Positions 59,646 to 64,000 of a stretch of DNA of 64,000 bases are shown here, one piece after another. The position numbers and the translations under genes were made by a program. The notes beneath the pieces are model-generated. The model did not search any database, was not told where the DNA came from, and saw only the letters and a list, made by a program, of their open reading frames with translations. This DNA comes from Chrysemys picta bellii (taxonomy: Eukaryota): contig NC_088803.1 in NCBI RefSeq assembly GCF_011386835.1, positions 33,728,001 through 33,792,000 on the forward strand, given 5' to 3'. Position 1 is the stretch's first letter. Each line of letters starts with the position of its first letter.

Positions 59646-60670
59646 GGCCTGGATCCACAAAGGGGCTTAGGTGTTGCAACACCAAGCATTGCAACATCTA
59701 ACTTTTAGGCACCCAGAAAGCCACTGGAGCAACAATGGAACTCACAAAGCCCCTATGCTCCCTATACAATGAATGGGGGGAGGCACAGAATGGGATCCAC
59801 AAAAACCAGCTTGCTAGGTGGGAAGCCACCTAAGCTAGCCAATGGGAGAGGCTGATGACAGGGGTTTGTGTCCATGGTGTTCAGCATGTAACTCCAGCCT
59901 GCAGGGAGGTGCCTGTCTCTACTTTCATTCCACAGCTGAGAACCCTCTGCTGGAGGCAGGTGACTAAGCCATTTCTTGCAAGAATAAGTTAACACCACAC
60001 AAAATGGCCAGAGAAAGGGGGTGAAGGAGGAAGCGGAAACTGCCTCTCATGACCATTAGCCCCCTGGGTAGGGCAGTCCTGTGAGGTGGAAGACATCAAT
60101 TCAATTTCCCCCACTGATTGATTAAAAGGGATATGAACTGGGAGCTGCCACACCTCAGGTACATGCCCTAGCCCTAGCCACTGGACTATAGAGTGAATCT
60201 CACTGTTTTTGGCCCAATATTTAATTATTAATCTATTTAATTGAATGGTTTCCACAAGACAGAGAGAGAGAGAGAGTGCACGACATCAGAACATCCTATA
60301 GCCCAGTGGTTAGGGCACTCACTTGAAAGGTGGAGGGGGGAGGGCGGGAACCCTCAATAAAAATCCCTTCTCCTCGTCTGTCAGAAGGATGAACTGAACC
60401 AGGGTCTCCCACATCCCAGGTAAGTGACCTTACCACTGGCTAAAGGATATAAGGGAGTCTGTTTCCTCTGGCTATTTGTGTGGAGTAATATACCTACTGG
60501 ATCGAGCCCAGCAGGCAAGAGAAGCAGAGGAATACCTGTCTTTCCCCAGTCAGAGGATCATGCTGGAGCTTTGGTGTGAGATAGGCATTTGGACACCTAG
60601 AGGGAGGAAGCTGTGTGCATGCTTCAAGGTAGAAACAAGTGCCCAGAGGACTTTTACATCAATATATATG

Positions 60671-60712
<42 letters not shown>

Positions 60713-60840
60713 TGCGGAGTGAGTTTAAGTGCCTACAGGATTAGGCAGCACTCAAGCTGAGGTTTTGTGCCTTGCAGTGATGCCCAAGACCGGGACTTAG
60801 TTGGAGTTTAGGCACCTAAGTCCCTTTGTGGACCGGGTCC
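59646..60840. mobile_element. Non-autonomous PIF/Harbinger-type element, 1195 bp
   Basis: 28-bp TIRs GGCCTGGATCCACAAAGGGGCTTAGGTG / GGACCCGGTCCACAAAGGGACTTAGGTG (23 of 28); TTA TSD (59643-59645, 60841-60843). Confidence 0.85.
60673..60710. repeat. (TA)19 microsatellite
   Basis: 38 bp of uninterrupted TA read directly. Confidence 0.95.
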
Positions 60841-61407
60841 TTAGTGCCCTTTTACACAGCTCCAGGCCCTTAATCCATCATAAACAAGCAAGAGCAAGGG
60901 TTAATATCTAACCCTATGTGCAGATATTACTGTTTGGGCAGACTGTCAGTACAGGGTATACTATGCATGTGTGTTTCAATTCACAGTTAAAGTAAGATTA
61001 TGCCAGCATTCCTACTAGAAACCCATATGTTCACAAGGTTGGGTTTGGGTTTTTTTTGTTTTTTTTTTAAGTTGACAATATTTTCTGTGCCAGAATTTTG
61101 AAGTCTAGTCTTTGAGTAGTAATAACAATAAAAGAACTACCACTATGAAATTGACTTAAACACATAGGAACCTACAGTTGTTTCTGTCTGATATCTCTCC
61201 AGTGGCCAACTGGGTAGTATAGAAGTAAGTTGGTAGTGTCAGTCCAGGTTCTAGTGGATACATGGCCTCAGACAACTGGCATTTTGGATCCTCATTGGCA
61301 GTGTGAGCAGAAGGTCCAGGATTTAAATGGGAATAGAGACTAAAAGGCTCTTTCCCCTAAAGTTGGTCCCTCTAGAACAAGATTGACTAATATTAGCAGA
61401 GTTCAGA

Positions 61408-61510
61408 TTTCAGAGTGGTAGCCGTGTTAGTCTGTATCAGCAAAAAGAATGAGGAGTACTTATGGCACCTTAGAGACTAACAACTTTATTTGGGCATAAG
61501 CTTTCGTGGG
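61408..61510 (-). mobile_element. Penelope-like element terminal-repeat fragment
   Basis: TTTCAGAGTGGTAGCCGTGTTAGTCTGTATCAGCAAAAAG...GGCACCTTAGAGACTAAC...TTTATTTGGGCATAAGCTTTCGTGGG, recognised from recall as the common turtle Penelope-type terminal sequence. Confidence 0.7.
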
Positions 61511-62212
61511 CAGAGTTGTATGGAGTCCCTTTTTCTGTGGGCAAGCCCATGACTTCAGTTCACTGTAAGGCTAGCACTAAAACTCTACATGCACATACAA
61601 CACTGTTGTCTTTTGCTCTGGTACTCATCTGCCAGTCCTTTTACAAGCTGGGATTCCTCAATGTGACATCATGATCAGCATGTTTTAACTGGAAGGGAGA
61701 CATTGATCCACACATTGAACCACCCACACAAATACATCACCACAAACACAGTAGATACCATATCTTTCTACCGACTGGAGTTCTGAGAGCACAGACAGTC
61801 CACCCTCAAGATGTTTATAGCTGGGCATATATAGAGTACATATTTGCCGAGACCCTGAACATAGGCCTTTGTGGTATATGGACAGAATAAGCTAAGTGGA
61901 AGTCTTATTCTGGCTCAGCTAGCAACTGTAACAAACTAGGTTCAGCGGGAAGTAGCCTCTTCAGGTGTGCATTAAATGAGCAAACACTTTTGTATGTGCC
62001 CCTGTTAGGTAGGTGCACAAATCCCCTGTAGCTGGGGATGGACACATGCATAGAGGTATGCATTCATGCCCCCCTGACTGGCATACTTGCTAGGGAATAA
62101 CTTATCCACACGCTTGCCTGAAAACATGACCTTAGTATGTCTTTGCAAGAGCTTTAGGCTCTCAGTAGCCTCCATCCTCAGAAATGGAGGACATGTCCCT
62201 GAACAAATACAT

Positions 62213-62745
62213 GATTGTGTCACTTCTCCATTGTGCCCCCTTGGGGCTGAGCTGGTGTAGTAGCCTCTTCAACTCTGGCTCCCCTGTTAACAGCCATCCA
62301 AGCCTGGGATGGTTTGCCCCTTCCCATGACTGAGACCTCCAGCCAGCTCACTTAGTCCCATCGCTTCTGGGGTAATAATGTGTCCAATAAAACAAAGTCT
62401 AATGACTGTATCCCTGACCTTCTGCCCCTACCTGGGATTGATAGTCCTTGTCTCCCGTCACATCAAGGGGCTTTTACATCCCCTTCTTGAGGGCAGGTTT
62501 CAGTAGGGGAAGCCAGACAGTCCCTCTACTCTGAATTCCAGCCCATGGACCCTGTATTAAGCAGATAAGATCTGCTTTCTCAGACTTGCTGCTGTTTCCC
62601 TGGGCCACTTCCCACCTTCATATGCCTCCAGGCCCCTTTCATAGAGCAACTCCTTCCAGGAACATAGCTACAATGGGCTATAAGGTTATGGGGCCCAACT
62701 AGCTAGGGCTGCTCTACCTTGGGTACCATTACAGTTACACCACAG
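62213..62745. mobile_element. Possible degenerate solo LTR
   Basis: Begins TGTGTCA and ends CCACA; contains AATAAA and a CTTGCTGCTGTTTCCCTGGGCCACTTCCC block reminiscent of turtle LTRs; no TSD found. Confidence 0.35.
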
Positions 62746-64000
62746 CCTACCTATAGGCAGACAAAGCTCTGAGGAGCAGGACGCAGCTCCTTGCCACCTG
62801 GGTTGCTGAGGGAATTGCTCCCATCTCCTCCCTAGCTACACCCTGTCCCCAGCGAGGGCTGCTCTTAGCAGTGCCCAGCCCACACCTGCTATTGCAGTCT
62901 AGGTCCCTACCGCCAAGGCAACTCCTAGCCCTGGTCCTAGCCACCCCCAGACTCGCATGGTGGCTGTCGCTTCAACAGGGAGTTGCTCACCCAGAAAGAT
63001 GTGGAGGGTTGCAGGAGGCAGGGTAGGGGGACCAAGTGGGGTGTGCAGGCTGGGATGAGCTGGGGGTATGGAGTGCCAGGGCCAGGCTGGGTAGCGTGAG
63101 CTGGAAGTGTGGAGGGTGTGGAGCATGGGGGGATGCCAGAGTGCAGTTGTGATTGATCTGAGCGAGTCCAAGGGCAGTCTGGAGTCCAAATGGAAGACAC
63201 CAGGGGAGGCTTGTGGGGGGCAGATGGGGAAACTGGTCCCTGGCCCAAGGGGTGGAGGCAGCAACCAAGGGAGAGTTGTCTGGGACAGATAGGGAGTGGC
63301 TCCTGATTAGAATTAATCTCTTTTTTAGTCTTAGAAAGAGTTTCTCCTGACTGGGCTAGATTTACAGTTGCACTCTACCTCCCAAGCAACATTTTGACAA
63401 TGAAAGACCATTGTCAGCATGGTCTAATTAACTGGCTGATCAGGTTTATAGAGTGGCACAAAAGTTGCTAGAACTACCAGTGAACCTGGCCCACTATGGG
63501 CTAGGATCAAACTATCTATATAGCATCCGTATCTTAGAGGTACTTAGAAGAGGTTATAGATTTTGGTGAGGGCCAGCTTGTTATCTAAGTCAGGTGTTCA
63601 TTAGCCAAGTAGCTACCAACCAGCCACGTAGGCAATTAATTACTTCCAGGGAGGCTGAGATGGGCTCATTCTCTTTAACAAAGCTCATCACAGGTAGACT
63701 GGGCTCTGACTTCTCCTAAAAGGGGCCAGCCACCCCATGATAATTTCTTTCTTTCTTTCATAAAAGCTACTTCCCTGATGACTAAAGTGCCTTTATCAAA
63801 AGAACTGGCAGCAGCAGCCTGCATACTTTTCCTGGTCCACCCTACCTGGGAAAGCCTGTGACTTTCATTGACAACACCAAAAGACATTTAACAGGGAAGC
63901 TTAAGGGCCCCAAGGGGGGAGGGGGGGGGGGAGAAGCATGCATAACTGTGCACGTATCTTTGCAGGCAACATTACCACCAAGCTTTTGCATATGGGGTGA

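Noticed and set aside
1-64000. CRISPR arrays, operons, rRNA genes or a prokaryotic defence system
   Set aside because: No regularly spaced repeat-spacer arrays, no dense ORFs and no rRNA-like sequence; the DNA is vertebrate and repeat-dominated.

Overview
Vertebrate, non-prokaryotic DNA, almost certainly from a turtle. The evidence is turtle-type polIII/CR1-tail SINEs, CR1 and Penelope-like fragments, and abundant hAT and PIF/Harbinger MITEs; the species cannot be called. The window reads as intronic or intergenic, transposon-dense DNA, and I could not identify any host protein-coding exon with confidence. The only convincing protein-coding material is transposon-derived. The main element is a 3.6-kb hAT (Tip100/Zaphod-like) transposon at 7557-11202 with intact TIRs and an 8-bp TSD. 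Its ~861-aa transposase can be rebuilt by removing one nested Harbinger MITE and correcting two small indels. The window also holds two solo LTRs with 5-bp TSDs, several nested insertion series, CR1, L2 and Penelope remnants, MIR-like CORE-SINE relics and many ~90-bp hairpin elements. The best candidates for unexplained structure are four: a perfect 24-bp fold-back where one LTR lacks a poly(A) signal, a Harbinger MITE carrying inverted tRNA-like modules, vestigial hammerhead cores in Penelope ends, and a duplicated composite TCF/LEF+TAATCC motif near a possible signal-peptide first exon. Most ORFs in the supplied track are spurious. I found no evidence of a genuinely new biological system; the findings are modest and family names are from recall, not database searches.
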